Source: Candidatus Collierbacteria bacterium RIFOXYD2_FULL_45_13 (GTDB lineage: Bacteria > Patescibacteriota > Microgenomatia > UBA1400 > MFAQ01). From it: a stretch of 64,000 nucleotides of DNA. Below the pieces are notes generated by a model. That model saw only the letters and a list, made by a program, of their open reading frames with translations, was not told where the DNA came from and ran no database searches. Position numbers and translations under genes: made by a program. Shown here one piece after another: positions 10,280-20,158 of the stretch (position 1 is the stretch's first letter; the number at the start of each line of letters is the position of its first letter). The stretch spans positions 607,557 to 671,556 of the forward strand of contig MFAS01000001.1 in NCBI GenBank assembly GCA_001774685.1, written 5' to 3'.

Positions 10280-11860
10280 ATGATAGCCATCCGGGAATTC
10301 GTAAAACTCGACTACCTCGCCTTTAAGGATTGGTTTCGGAAGCAAACTATTTCCAAAGTGATTATCGCCACAGTATATCTTCTGGTACTGATTGGAGTTG
10401 GTTTGGGGATCTACTTTTGGTCAGACGCTTTTATCAAATACGTTGTCCCTTACGAATCTTTCGGACTACTAACTTCACAATATATCCTGAGGGGTTCTTT
10501 TACCTTACTCATGTGGGTTGGTATCTTCAGCTCTCTCATTTCCACCCTCACCTTTCTGCTAACTCCGGACAGGCACCTGGATTTACTACTCACCTTTCCT
10601 CTCTCCACACTATCAATTTCTCTTAAGGCTTCAGCCAGATCGGCTCTCATCAATTTATCCCTGTTTCTTATATCGGTGTTTCCTTTGGTGTTGGCCTTTA
10701 CCAAAAACTTTTTTGGTTCACTTCTTTCTCTAATACTTCTTGTCATTATCACCCAAACGTTCGGCTCCTCTCTCGGTTATCTTTTTTATTTCTTGTTTCG
10801 GAAAAAATATGGCCGATTAATCGCTATCACCTTCGGAGTTTCCATGATTCTTGCTACCGGGATCTTGCTCAAGGTTACTTTTCCACCCCAGCTCAGGCTT
10901 TTGGATGATATTCCAGCCGAAACTTTTTCTGCCTTTTTTAACAGTTTACCCCTGATTAGGGATTGTTGGCTATCTGGCGAGATAATAAAATCCACAGACG
11001 GTTTATTTGGTCCATCGGTATTGTTTTATGCATTCACTCTCGTGACTATAATGATCTCTCTCCTGACGCAGATATGTCTTTTTGTTCCTTGCCGGCAATC
11101 TCAAAGAGTTCACACTTCGTCTACTATCAAGATAAAGTCAAAAATTGGCCACTTCCGCCGAATCTCTCTAATTTCCAAAGACCTTCTTTCGTTTTTTAGA
11201 AATCCTAAAGATGTCAGCTACCTCCTTTTCTTGATCATTATGATCGTATCTTTTTTTGGACTATTTTCCCGAGGTTACCTGGCCAGAGGAGTCACTGAAA
11301 AGTATCTGGTAGACGCTGTGGTTTTTTCCTTCGCTTGGCTGATATTCTTTTCGGGTACCTACGTAATCCGACTTTCTTATCCACTCATGGTCAATGAGGG
11401 TCAGTCAAAATGGTGGTTGTTTACCCTGCCCATAGCTTCTACACGGATACTTCAGTCAAAGGTCTCATCCTCTTTAATTTTGAGTTTACCTCTACTATCT
11501 TTGGGTTTGCTTGAGTGGCAGATACTTCCCTTTAGTGTAAACACTGCCTTTTTTGTTCTTCTTAGTGTCATTGGCATTACCTCATTGGCTGTCGCTCTTC
11601 CGCTAATTGGCTCTCTTTTTCTTGACTTTACGGCTTGTTACAATCCCGAAAAGGCCAGCACTAGCCTCAGTGGCTTACTTTCGGTTGTTTTTGTCTGCTC
11701 GGTGGGGGCTTTGGGAGGATATTTGGCCTCGCAGTTCATGGGTGTGGCCATTAGCCCAGCCACCGCCATCAACGCCTTCCTCACCGAGAGTCTGGTGGTC
11801 ACAGCCTTTGTCTGGTTTTTGGCCATACGTTACTTAGAAAGATACAAGCTGGATATTTAG
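10280..11860 (+). CDS. ABC-2-type exporter permease (multi-TM)
   Basis: About 12 hydrophobic segments; LLTFP, KDLL..FR and EG..WWL..LP motifs; directly follows the ATPase. Confidence 0.8.
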   Translation: MIAIREFVKLDYLAFKDWFRKQTISKVIIATVYLLVLIGVGLGIYFWSDAFIKYVVPYESFGLLTSQYILRGSFTLLMWVGIFSSLISTLTFLLTPDRHLDLLLTFPLSTLSISLKASARSALINLSLFLISVFPLVLAFTKNFFGSLLSLILLVIITQTFGSSLGYLFYFLFRKKYGRLIAITFGVSMILATGILLKVTFPPQLRLLDDIPAETFSAFFNSLPLIRDCWLSGEIIKSTDGLFGPSVLFYAFTLVTIMISLLTQICLFVPCRQSQRVHTSSTIKIKSKIGHFRRISLISKDLLSFFRNPKDVSYLLFLIIMIVSFFGLFSRGYLARGVTEKYLVDAVVFSFAWLIFFSGTYVIRLSYPLMVNEGQSKWWLFTLPIASTRILQSKVSSSLILSLPLLSLGLLEWQILPFSVNTAFFVLLSVIGITSLAVALPLIGSLFLDFTACYNPEKASTSLSGLLSVVFVCSVGALGGYLASQFMGVAISPATAINAFLTESLVVTAFVWFLAIRYLERYKLDI

Positions 11861-12246
11861 TGTTTCTCATACAGAGCCTCACCTACTATCGCGTCAGCTT
11901 TAGTCGGATGAACAGTACCGTCTGGGTGATTGGCTGGGGAATAAACCGTATATAGTTTCAATGGTTCGGACGTGGACGTGTTAATGATATTGTGGTTTGT
12001 TCCGGCGGGCACGACGATAACATCATTAGCCTCAAAAATTGTTTCTTCTCCATTTAGGACTGCTTTACCCTGTCCAGCCTCAAATCTAAAAAATTGATCA
12101 ATATTGGGATGCACCTCCATGCCTATCTCCTCTCCGGGTAGAAGACTCATGAGCACAAGTTGAGAGTGGGGAGCTGTGTACAGTACTTTTCGGAAGTTGC
12201 TATTGGCGATGGTATCGGCTTCTATGTCGGTGTGGTATCCGGTCAT
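11857..12246 (-). CDS. Cupin domain protein
   Basis: NFRKVLYT..HSQLVLMSL.PGEEIG.EVH..DQFF and VPAGT.HN motifs. Confidence 0.9.
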   Translation of the reverse strand: MTGYHTDIEADTIANSNFRKVLYTAPHSQLVLMSLLPGEEIGMEVHPNIDQFFRFEAGQGKAVLNGEETIFEANDVIVVPAGTNHNIINTSTSEPLKLYTVYSPANHPDGTVHPTKADAIVGEALYEKH

Positions 12247-12351
12247 ACGGTTTTTTGTTGATAACAACCTCATCTTACATCAATATTATCCTGCCCGTAG
12301 GCAGGCACGAGTGGTGCCTGAATGCGCACAGGCAATTGATGGCGTTTGGAT

Positions 12352-12380
12352 TTGACAAAAGACCTATAATAGAGTATAAT
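12352..12380 (+). promoter_or_regulatory. Consensus sigma70 promoter
   Basis: TTGACA-N17-TATAAT, 9 nt before ATG 12390. Confidence 0.85.
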
Positions 12381-12389
12381 CCTCAAACT

Positions 12390-13046
12390 ATGAAAAAAAT
12401 CATATTATCGCTTCTCATGACCTTAATCGTCGGCAAGCCGGAACTTCCGGTCGTTTCGCAGGTGGTCAAAAACTACAGCCAAGAAGTGCTTTCTACTCAA
12501 GAAATGAGCATGGGGTATCGTTACCCGGTGGCCTCTGTCAGCAAGATATTTAAGGAGAACATTCTCCTAAACCTAGCTTATCTGGACGGCAGGGTGACCA
12601 ACGCTCAAGACATCAATTGGGATGAAATCGCTAAACCATTTAAATCAGAGTTTACCCTCCAACCCAACGAGGCGTTTGCCTATCACGACACCATTTTGCC
12701 TGAATACAAAGATAGGGTTGTGGTAACCACCAAGGCTCGCTTTAATAAACAGGATGGTTTCAAGACCGATGGATATCTTTATGGAGATGGTGTCTGTCAG
12801 CTTGCCTCATTTATCAATATGGCAGCTAGAGACGCCAACTTAAAGGTGGTTCAGTTCACCAACCATGATTTTGCGGCTATTCCAGAGGTCCCAAAAATCT
12901 ATGGTGTGTCCATCTATCTGGATCCTAACAACAGAGCAGCTAGTGCCCGAAAGAATCTCTATATTGTAAATAACCAAGACAAACCGGTTACTTTCCGATT
13001 TGACTACAATGGACAGGAATTAAAGGTTACTGTTTCTAAAGCCTAA
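12390..13046 (+). CDS. VanW-family exported protein
   Basis: Signal-like N-terminus; YGDGVCQLAS...NH...NLYIVN matches the VanW GGG-x-CQ-x-S..H motif. Confidence 0.75.
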   Translation: MKKIILSLLMTLIVGKPELPVVSQVVKNYSQEVLSTQEMSMGYRYPVASVSKIFKENILLNLAYLDGRVTNAQDINWDEIAKPFKSEFTLQPNEAFAYHDTILPEYKDRVVVTTKARFNKQDGFKTDGYLYGDGVCQLASFINMAARDANLKVVQFTNHDFAAIPEVPKIYGVSIYLDPNNRAASARKNLYIVNNQDKPVTFRFDYNGQELKVTVSKA

Positions 13047-13065
13047 GGGCGATTTTCATGGCACC

Positions 13066-13102
13066 AAAAAGCCACCTGTCCGTAAGGATTGGGTGGCTTT
13101 TT
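13066..13102. terminator. Bidirectional intrinsic terminator
   Basis: aaaaagccacc...ggtggcttttt with an inner gtcc-gtaa-ggat hairpin. Confidence 0.85.
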
Positions 13103-13325
13103 TCTCTGCTTTACACCGGCTACCATGTACCAAATTTTTAGATTTCTTAGCTTGTAATCTGGGCGGACTCTTACAATCCGCTTTCTCTTGGTAGTCAGTA
13201 CACGTACCCCAGAGAGGGTCTAGGATCCCTAGGCTGTATTGTCACTTAAAAGTGCGGTGTACCAATAAAGGCTAGAAAGATCGTAATTCTTTTAACTTAT
13301 CTCTACACCCTTATATGTGGGATTA
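13066..13325 (-). ncRNA. Candidate structured ncRNA (~260 nt), family unknown
   Basis: Minus-strand TTGACA(13359-13354)-N17-TACATT promoter, no usable ORF, several nested helices, ends at the terminator. Confidence 0.5.
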
Positions 13326-13467
13326 ATTACAATGTAGAAGCATTTTGTGTATTTGTCAAGACCAGCAAGTGGTACCAGGAAGAGATTGTTGGTATAATTA
13401 CGAAAAGCGTTTGTCAACCGGATCCCGCCAAACGGCCGGGATTTTTAGTATCTAGTAAACTAGTCTT

Positions 13468-16431
13468 ATGCCAAAAGAAAAACACTCAATCAAAGAAGTC
13501 GAAGCATCCCCAGACTTTCCTATTTTGGAAAAACAGTTACTGGACCATTGGTATCGGTCGGGCATCGTGGAAAAATATCTGCACAAAAACGATCAGTCAT
13601 CCGAGAAGTTCTATTTTCAAGACGGCCCGATCACGGCGAACAATCCCATGGGAGTCCACCATGCTTGGGGTAGGACATACAAAGATCTGTGGCAGCGCTA
13701 CAAAAATATGCGCGGTTTCAGACAACGATTCCAAAACGGTTTCGATTGTCAGGGGCTTTGGGTCGAGGTGGAGGTAGAAAAAGAGCTCAACTTCCATTTT
13801 AAAAAAGATATTGAAACATATGGAGTAGCCCATTTTATACAACATTGCAAAGACCGGGTAATTAAATACTCCGGAATTCAGACGGATCAAAGCAAGAGGC
13901 TGGGTTACTTTATGGACTGGGAAAATTCCTATTTCACCATGTCCGACGAAAACAACTACATGATCTGGCACTTTCTCAAGGTTTGCTGGGAAAAGGGCTG
14001 GATCTACAAGGGCCACGACTCAGTCCCTTGGTGTCCCCGTTGTGAGACCGCAATCTCTCAACACGAAATGCTTACCGAGGACTACAAAGAGCTGACACAT
14101 AAGTCTATCTACCTCGAACTTCCTCTTGTCGGCCGGGAAAATGAATATCTATTGATTTGGACCACTACCCCCTGGACTTTACCGGCCAACATCGCCGTAG
14201 CTGTCGACGAAAAGCAAGATTATTCGCTCGTTGAAGCCTCTACCGGTAAGTTCTGGGTTTTGAAAGATCTTGTTGAAAATGTCTTTAAGGGAGACTATAT
14301 AAACATAGTCAAAACCGTTAAAGGTAAAGAGCTGGTCGGCCTTCATTACAGGGCACCGTTCGACGATATCTCCGCCGTAAAACAAATCGCTCTGGAAAAT
14401 CCCGGGAAATTCCACCTCGTTATCCCGACCGACTCGCAAATTATGCCCATCAGCAATACCGAGGGCACCGGCTTGGTCCACACCGCGGTCAGCGCGGGCA
14501 CGGAAGATTTCGCCTTAGGTAAGAAACTCGGACTTCCGATGATCCCCGTTATTGCAGATAACGCCGATTACCTTCCCGGTCTTGATTGGTTATCCGGACA
14601 AAATGCCAAAAAACATCCGGAAATAATTCTTGATTACTTGAATAAAAAGGAAGAGTCAGGCGAGAACACTGTTTTTAGAATAGAAAACTATACCCATCGT
14701 TACCCCGCCTGCTGGAGATGTAAGACAGAACTTGTTTGGAAAGTGGCCGACGAGTGGTATATCTCGATGGACAAAGTAGACCCGGATGACAAAGAAGGAA
14801 GAACTCTTCGGCAAAAAATGATAGATGTTGCCGGGAAAATTACTTGGAAACCGGAGTTTGGACACGACCGCGAACTGGACTGGTTAAACAACATGCACGA
14901 CTGGCTTATCAGTAAGAAAAATCGTTATTGGGGCTTGGCTCTACCTATCTGGGTTTGCGAGAAGTGCGGTCAATTCGAAGTTGTGGGTGGTAAAGATGAA
15001 TTAAGGGAAAGGGCCGCATCCGGTTGGGACAAATTCGAAGGGCACACACCCCATAAGCCCTACATTGATGAAGTCAAAATCAAACATGGCTGTGGAGGAA
15101 ATATGTCACGTATTCCGGATGTTGGAAATCCTTGGCTCGACGCCGGTATTGTACCGTTTTCTACTTTGCTAGACCTCGAGACCGGAAAGGTTAGCTACAC
15201 CTCAGATAAAAAGTATTGGGAACAATGGTTCCCTGCCGACTTCATTACGGAGTCATTTCCTGGCCAGTTCAAAAATTGGTTCTATTCGATGATTGCTATG
15301 AGCACTGTTCTTGAAGATACCAATCCTTTTGAAAATGTCTTAGGTTTCGCCTCCATGTTAGGGGAAGACGGCCGAGCAATGCATAAGTCCTGGGGCAACT
15401 CAATAGAGTTCAACGAAGCAGCAGACAAGATTGGGGTCGACGTCATGCGTTGGACTTTTGCTAGGCATAACCCGGAAAGGAATCTTCTTTTTGGGTACAA
15501 AATGACTTCGGAAACCAAACGTCTCTTCCACATGCTTTTATGGAACTCGTATCGGTTTTTTGCCAATTTTGCCGCCTTGGAAAATTGGCAGCCGGAAATT
15601 GAATTCGAGCATATACCAACCAAGTTAGATCTCTGGATCTTAAACAGATTAGATCAAACGGTTTTGGAAGTCACGGCCGGACTGGATAAATACGACGCCT
15701 TTTCTGCCGCCACCTCAATTGAGGCGTTCGTCTCCGACCTGTCTACTTGGTATATTCGCCGTTCTAGAGATCGTATTGGTCCTAGCGCTCAAGACAAGGA
15801 TGACAAAGAAACTTGTTACCGTACTCTCAGAACCGTCTTCGATTGTTTGTCCCGCGTTCTCATGCCATTTACCCCCTTTATGGCCGACATGATCTACACC
15901 AACATTACGGGAGACGAATCTGTTCATCTCACCGATTGGCCACTGGTGACCACCGAAGACATTGTCGACAAAAAACTAATCGAGAACATGGCTTTGGTCA
16001 GGAGAGTCTGTGAGATGGGCCATGCCGACCGCAAAGCTAACTCCATTGCCGTCAAACAGCCACTATCCAAAATTACCGTTATCGGCTCCAAGTCAGCTCT
16101 TCGATCCGAACCGGAGCTGTTGCAATTAATTAAAGACGAGCTTAATGTGTTGGAGGTAGTGTTTCGGGAACCTGCGATGGAAAGTGAGAAAAATATTGAA
16201 TTATCAATCGAGCTGGATAAGCTTCTCACGCCCGAATTAATCAGAAAGGGTCAGATGAGAGAGGTCATTCGTTCCATCCAAGAGGCGAGGAAGAATGCCG
16301 GCTGTCGCTTGGATGAAGTTGTATCGATAACCCTCCCGGAATGGCCGATTGAGTATGAAGAGGAAATTAAGAGAAAAACGTTAGTCAACAATATTAGTAA
16401 GGGAGACACTCTAAAAATCTCCAGAACCTAA
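13468..16431 (+). CDS. ileS: Isoleucyl-tRNA synthetase
   Basis: DGPITAN..HHAW (HIGH variant), GFDCQGL, WTTTPWTLPAN, GTGLVH and AMHKS (KMSKS variant). Confidence 0.96.
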   Translation: MPKEKHSIKEVEASPDFPILEKQLLDHWYRSGIVEKYLHKNDQSSEKFYFQDGPITANNPMGVHHAWGRTYKDLWQRYKNMRGFRQRFQNGFDCQGLWVEVEVEKELNFHFKKDIETYGVAHFIQHCKDRVIKYSGIQTDQSKRLGYFMDWENSYFTMSDENNYMIWHFLKVCWEKGWIYKGHDSVPWCPRCETAISQHEMLTEDYKELTHKSIYLELPLVGRENEYLLIWTTTPWTLPANIAVAVDEKQDYSLVEASTGKFWVLKDLVENVFKGDYINIVKTVKGKELVGLHYRAPFDDISAVKQIALENPGKFHLVIPTDSQIMPISNTEGTGLVHTAVSAGTEDFALGKKLGLPMIPVIADNADYLPGLDWLSGQNAKKHPEIILDYLNKKEESGENTVFRIENYTHRYPACWRCKTELVWKVADEWYISMDKVDPDDKEGRTLRQKMIDVAGKITWKPEFGHDRELDWLNNMHDWLISKKNRYWGLALPIWVCEKCGQFEVVGGKDELRERAASGWDKFEGHTPHKPYIDEVKIKHGCGGNMSRIPDVGNPWLDAGIVPFSTLLDLETGKVSYTSDKKYWEQWFPADFITESFPGQFKNWFYSMIAMSTVLEDTNPFENVLGFASMLGEDGRAMHKSWGNSIEFNEAADKIGVDVMRWTFARHNPERNLLFGYKMTSETKRLFHMLLWNSYRFFANFAALENWQPEIEFEHIPTKLDLWILNRLDQTVLEVTAGLDKYDAFSAATSIEAFVSDLSTWYIRRSRDRIGPSAQDKDDKETCYRTLRTVFDCLSRVLMPFTPFMADMIYTNITGDESVHLTDWPLVTTEDIVDKKLIENMALVRRVCEMGHADRKANSIAVKQPLSKITVIGSKSALRSEPELLQLIKDELNVLEVVFREPAMESEKNIELSIELDKLLTPELIRKGQMREVIRSIQEARKNAGCRLDEVVSITLPEWPIEYEEEIKRKTLVNNISKGDTLKISRT

Positions 16432-17486
16432 TGCGTCAATATAAAAACCTTTTGTTTTCATCCTTGGTTCTAATTGAGGTCCTGAGCTTGACTACCATCT
16501 GGAGTACGGCTCCGGAACTCTTTATGTCGCAGCTGGCCTTCGTGATCGTCGGTACCATTGCCATCTATCTTCTGAGCAAATCCGATATCTTTTTATTGCC
16601 CAGTTTGGGAAAAACTTTTTACATCGTCAGCATTATCTTGTTAGTACTCACCGTGTTCATTGGGAAAAACGTTAGGGGGTCAGTTCGTTGGATTGATCTG
16701 GGCTTCTTCAATTTGCAGACCTCCGAAATCATCAAACCACTTCTGGCCATATACTATTCATCCTACTTGGCCAAGCTGAAAAAAATTGACTGGAAACAGT
16801 TACTTGTTTTCTTGGGGATTACTTTCATCCCCGTAACTCTGGTCGCAATGCAGCCTGATCTTGGATCGGCCTTGACTTTAATTTTTTTACCCCTCGCACT
16901 ATTAGCTTTTTCGGGTCAGTTATGGAAGCTACTTATACTTGGAACCATTTTCACCGCCTTGGTTCTGCCAATAGAGTCAAAACTCCTCAAGCCTTACCAG
17001 CGCCAAAGGCTGGAAACTTTTATCAATCCCTACTCAGACCCCCAAGGAGCGGGCTACAATGTTATCCAGGCAACCATAGCCGTCGGCTCGGGGAAGATAA
17101 TTGGTAAAGGAGTTAAACTTGGAACTCAGTCTCATCTGAATTTTTTACCCGAGAGACACACCGACTTTATCTACGCTTCGTTTGTCGAAGAGTTTGGCCT
17201 GGTAGGCTCTTTGGTCTTGTTTCTTGCCTATATAGCCATTTTTCAAAGCTGTATCCATGGGGTAAAACGTCTACGCGACAACCAACAGGTATTACTCTCA
17301 CTCTCAATATTTTCCTTGTTCTTCTTTCAGTTTGTGGTCAACGTGGGCATGAACCTCGGAATTATGCCCGTCACCGGTATTACCCTACCTCTTTTTTCCT
17401 ATGGAGGCAGCTCCTTGCTGAGTTTCGCCATCTTGGCTGGGCTGTTGGCTCGCCAGCTTGATCAAATCACCCCATTTGAGATATAA
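16431..17486 (+). CDS. rodA: RodA (SEDS family)
   Basis: GSVRWIDLG..QTSE, QPDLGSA, FLPERHTDFI and GITLPLFSYGGSS; second SEDS gene, outside dcw. Confidence 0.88.
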   Translation: MRQYKNLLFSSLVLIEVLSLTTIWSTAPELFMSQLAFVIVGTIAIYLLSKSDIFLLPSLGKTFYIVSIILLVLTVFIGKNVRGSVRWIDLGFFNLQTSEIIKPLLAIYYSSYLAKLKKIDWKQLLVFLGITFIPVTLVAMQPDLGSALTLIFLPLALLAFSGQLWKLLILGTIFTALVLPIESKLLKPYQRQRLETFINPYSDPQGAGYNVIQATIAVGSGKIIGKGVKLGTQSHLNFLPERHTDFIYASFVEEFGLVGSLVLFLAYIAIFQSCIHGVKRLRDNQQVLLSLSIFSLFFFQFVVNVGMNLGIMPVTGITLPLFSYGGSSLLSFAILAGLLARQLDQITPFEI

Positions 17487-17494
17487 TAGCGCAC

Positions 17495-17821
17495 ATGGCA
17501 GACAAAACTACATACGCGGTCATTCAACTTGGCGCAAAACAATACTTGGTCAAAGAAGGCGATAAGGTCGTGGCTGAAAAAATTGATATCAAAGAAGGCG
17601 AAACGCTCCAGGTTAAGGAGGTCTTACTTGGCTATGATGGTGAAAAGACCACGATAGGGGAGCCGTATCTGGAAAAAGCCACTGTAGATCTCATCATGGA
17701 AGGTACCAAGAAGGGCGAGAAGATTCGTATTGCCAAATTCAAAGCCAAATCCAGATACCGCCGGGTTACCGGTCATAGGCAGCTTGAAAGCCATTTCACT
17801 GTCAAGGCTATCAATCTCTAA
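17495..17821 (+). CDS. rplU: 50S ribosomal protein L21
   Basis: YAVIQLGAKQYLV..GD and KFKAKSRYRR..GHRQ. Confidence 0.97.
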   Translation: MADKTTYAVIQLGAKQYLVKEGDKVVAEKIDIKEGETLQVKEVLLGYDGEKTTIGEPYLEKATVDLIMEGTKKGEKIRIAKFKAKSRYRRVTGHRQLESHFTVKAINL

Positions 17822-17828
17822 AATAACT

Positions 17829-18881
17829 ATGCGCTTCATACTTTTCGTCGGTGCCAGCAACACCTTGGCCGAGTCTGAAATTGAGACTCAGATCAAAGGT
17901 GCCATCCTCATTCAGCCGAATATTTATCTATTTGAATCCGAGGACAGCCAATCGGCCAAATCCCTTGCCGCCAAACTTGGTTGTAGTATCAAACTGGCTC
18001 AAGAGCTGCAGGGAGTAGCTTCCACTTCTCAGTCTATTGCCGATCTGGTTAAATCAAAAAACTTCTCGGTTACTGTCCTGGGTGGTTTCAAGGAATCCTC
18101 CAGGATGAACCAAGAAATCAAAGAGCTTCTCCAAAAAGGGCGTTTCATTCTACCCAAAGATCAGTTTGGACTTACTCCGGTACTCCTCTCAAAACACAAA
18201 ATCGATGAGTTTTTCGTCGATGAAGAGGCTGATGAAGTTTGGCAGACAATCTGGTCGCACGATTTTGAGCACTGGATCAAAAAAGACCGACGCATGCCTT
18301 ATGCCAACGCCAAGGCCGGCATTCTACCCCCAAAGATAGCACGAAGCATGATCAGTTTAGTACCCCTCGAGCCGGCGGGAAAACTTCTGGTAGACCCCTT
18401 TTGCGGTTCCGGCCGTGTCTTAATCGAAGCGGCTGAACTAGGGTATACGATTGGGGGAGCCGACATTCTTGCCGAGCAGGTTAAAGAGACAAAAGCCAAC
18501 CTTGACTTTCTGGGTTTTGAAGCCCGGCTTGAGGTTCTGGACGCAACTCACCTTTCGGACAAGTTCAGTCGAGTAGATGCCATTGTCACAGAGCCCTTTC
18601 TGGGGAAACCGAACTTAAGACCGGATCAGATTAGATATCTGGTTCCAGGCCTGCAAAAGTTATATCTAGGGTGTTTAAAGAATTGGGTAGAGGTTTTGAA
18701 GCCAGGTGGTTATATCGTTATAGTCTTCCCCACCTTCGATGACGGAAAGCATATCTATAAGACAAGCTCTGTCATTGACGGAAAGCTGGAATTAAGTTAC
18801 AATCTCCTCAAACGCGATATTCTATATTCACGTCCCAATGCGGATGTCAGGCGCGAAATCGTCGTCTTACAAAAGAAGTAA
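17829..18881 (+). CDS. Trm11/TrmG10-like SAM-dependent RNA amino-methyltransferase
   Basis: GILPPKIARSMI, DPFCGSG, IVTEPFLG and LKPGG motifs. Confidence 0.75.
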   Translation: MRFILFVGASNTLAESEIETQIKGAILIQPNIYLFESEDSQSAKSLAAKLGCSIKLAQELQGVASTSQSIADLVKSKNFSVTVLGGFKESSRMNQEIKELLQKGRFILPKDQFGLTPVLLSKHKIDEFFVDEEADEVWQTIWSHDFEHWIKKDRRMPYANAKAGILPPKIARSMISLVPLEPAGKLLVDPFCGSGRVLIEAAELGYTIGGADILAEQVKETKANLDFLGFEARLEVLDATHLSDKFSRVDAIVTEPFLGKPNLRPDQIRYLVPGLQKLYLGCLKNWVEVLKPGGYIVIVFPTFDDGKHIYKTSSVIDGKLELSYNLLKRDILYSRPNADVRREIVVLQKK

Positions 18882-18941
18882 TGATCGACGCAGTCTAGAT
18901 ATAAAATAAAATATACAATTTAAAATCCAATATAACTAACT

Positions 18942-19193
18942 ATGGCACACGTTAAATCCGGAGGAGCAACCAGACAACATGCTCAGCGAGCAGGTAAAAG
19001 ACTAGGGGTAAAAATATACGGAAGTCAGACGGTCAAAACCGGTCAGATCATTGTCCGACAGCGTGGAGCTGATTTTCATGCCGGACTAAACACAGAGCTC
19101 GGAAGAGACTTTACGCTTTTTGCCCTCAAAGAAGGCACGGTCCTATATAGAAAATTGCATGGCGTTAATTACGTTGATGTAATCGCAAAATAA
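18942..19193 (+). CDS. rpmA: 50S ribosomal protein L27
   Basis: MAHVKSGG, KRLGVK, IIVRQRG and GRDFTLFAL. Confidence 0.97.
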   Translation: MAHVKSGGATRQHAQRAGKRLGVKIYGSQTVKTGQIIVRQRGADFHAGLNTELGRDFTLFALKEGTVLYRKLHGVNYVDVIAK

Positions 19194-20132
19194 ATGGACG
19201 ATCAACCGGTTACTATACTCCCGATAGATTATTTACAACCGAATCCGCTTCAGCCCAGAGGTGTCATTACCCCCGAATCTCTTTCAGAACTTATTGATTC
19301 TATAAAAACCCACGGCATTATCCAGCCACTCGTCGTCGCCCACACTCCTGCTGGATATCAAATTATCGCCGGGGAACGTCGCTGGCGTGCTTCTCGCTTA
19401 GCCGGACTCAAAGACGTACCGGTTCGCATCATCGAAACTTCCCCTCAGGGAATGCTGGAGATGGCCATCGTCGAAAATGTCCAAAGGACAGACTTGAACC
19501 CCATCGACCGTGCGAACTCGTTTGATCGGTTGGTCAGAGAATTCAATTTGGGAAACTCGGATATTTGCCAACGGATCGGCAAAAGTCCAGCTTTCGTCAG
19601 CAATACACTTCGCCTTTTGGAGCTTCCGGATGCCTTAAAAGACGGCTTGATCTCGGGGGTTATCTCCGAGGGTCATGCAAGGGCTCTGGCAGCCATCCCG
19701 GATACTCAATCGATGATTGAGGCATACAAAATAATCCTTCGAGAGGGCGGGTCGGTTAGGAGGGCTGAAGAACTTGCTCGTAGATTCAAAAAGAGCATGC
19801 ATAAGTCCAAACCTCAGGATGGCTTCAATACCAAAACCGTTAATGAATCAATCGACAGTATGGCCAGTGAAATCGAAAAATCCATCGGCGAAAACGCCCA
19901 CGTCAAGATGAGAAGGTCCAGAGTTGAAACGGCCATTCACATCGTCTTAAGGGGAAACCCTGAAGAAACCGAGACCCAAATACAAAAGATTCACGACTCC
20001 TTGGTTAGCTCCGCCGCTACCTCCACAAGCCTCCCTACGACAGATTACGTCACCGAATCGGTCGTTGAAGAAACCGTTACTTCAGACACGTACACGAATC
20101 CTTTTGAGCCGTTTTCCCCCCGAGAATATTAA
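19194..20132 (+). CDS. parB: ParB/Spo0J partition protein
   Basis: PNPLQPR, IIAGERRWRA, IVENVQRTDLNPI and SEGHARAL. Confidence 0.93.
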   Translation: MDDQPVTILPIDYLQPNPLQPRGVITPESLSELIDSIKTHGIIQPLVVAHTPAGYQIIAGERRWRASRLAGLKDVPVRIIETSPQGMLEMAIVENVQRTDLNPIDRANSFDRLVREFNLGNSDICQRIGKSPAFVSNTLRLLELPDALKDGLISGVISEGHARALAAIPDTQSMIEAYKIILREGGSVRRAEELARRFKKSMHKSKPQDGFNTKTVNESIDSMASEIEKSIGENAHVKMRRSRVETAIHIVLRGNPEETETQIQKIHDSLVSSAATSTSLPTTDYVTESVVEETVTSDTYTNPFEPFSPREY

Positions 20133-20158
20133 ACTCCAGTTGGAATTTCGAATTCTTC

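Noticed and set aside
13365-13447. T-box riboswitch upstream of ileS (AAGTGGTACC plus hairpin and T tract at 13421-13446)
   Set aside because: No antiterminator helices or Stem I could be built, and an extended -10 (TGgTATAAT, ~13390-13398) lies downstream of the motif. The short hairpin may still be an attenuator.
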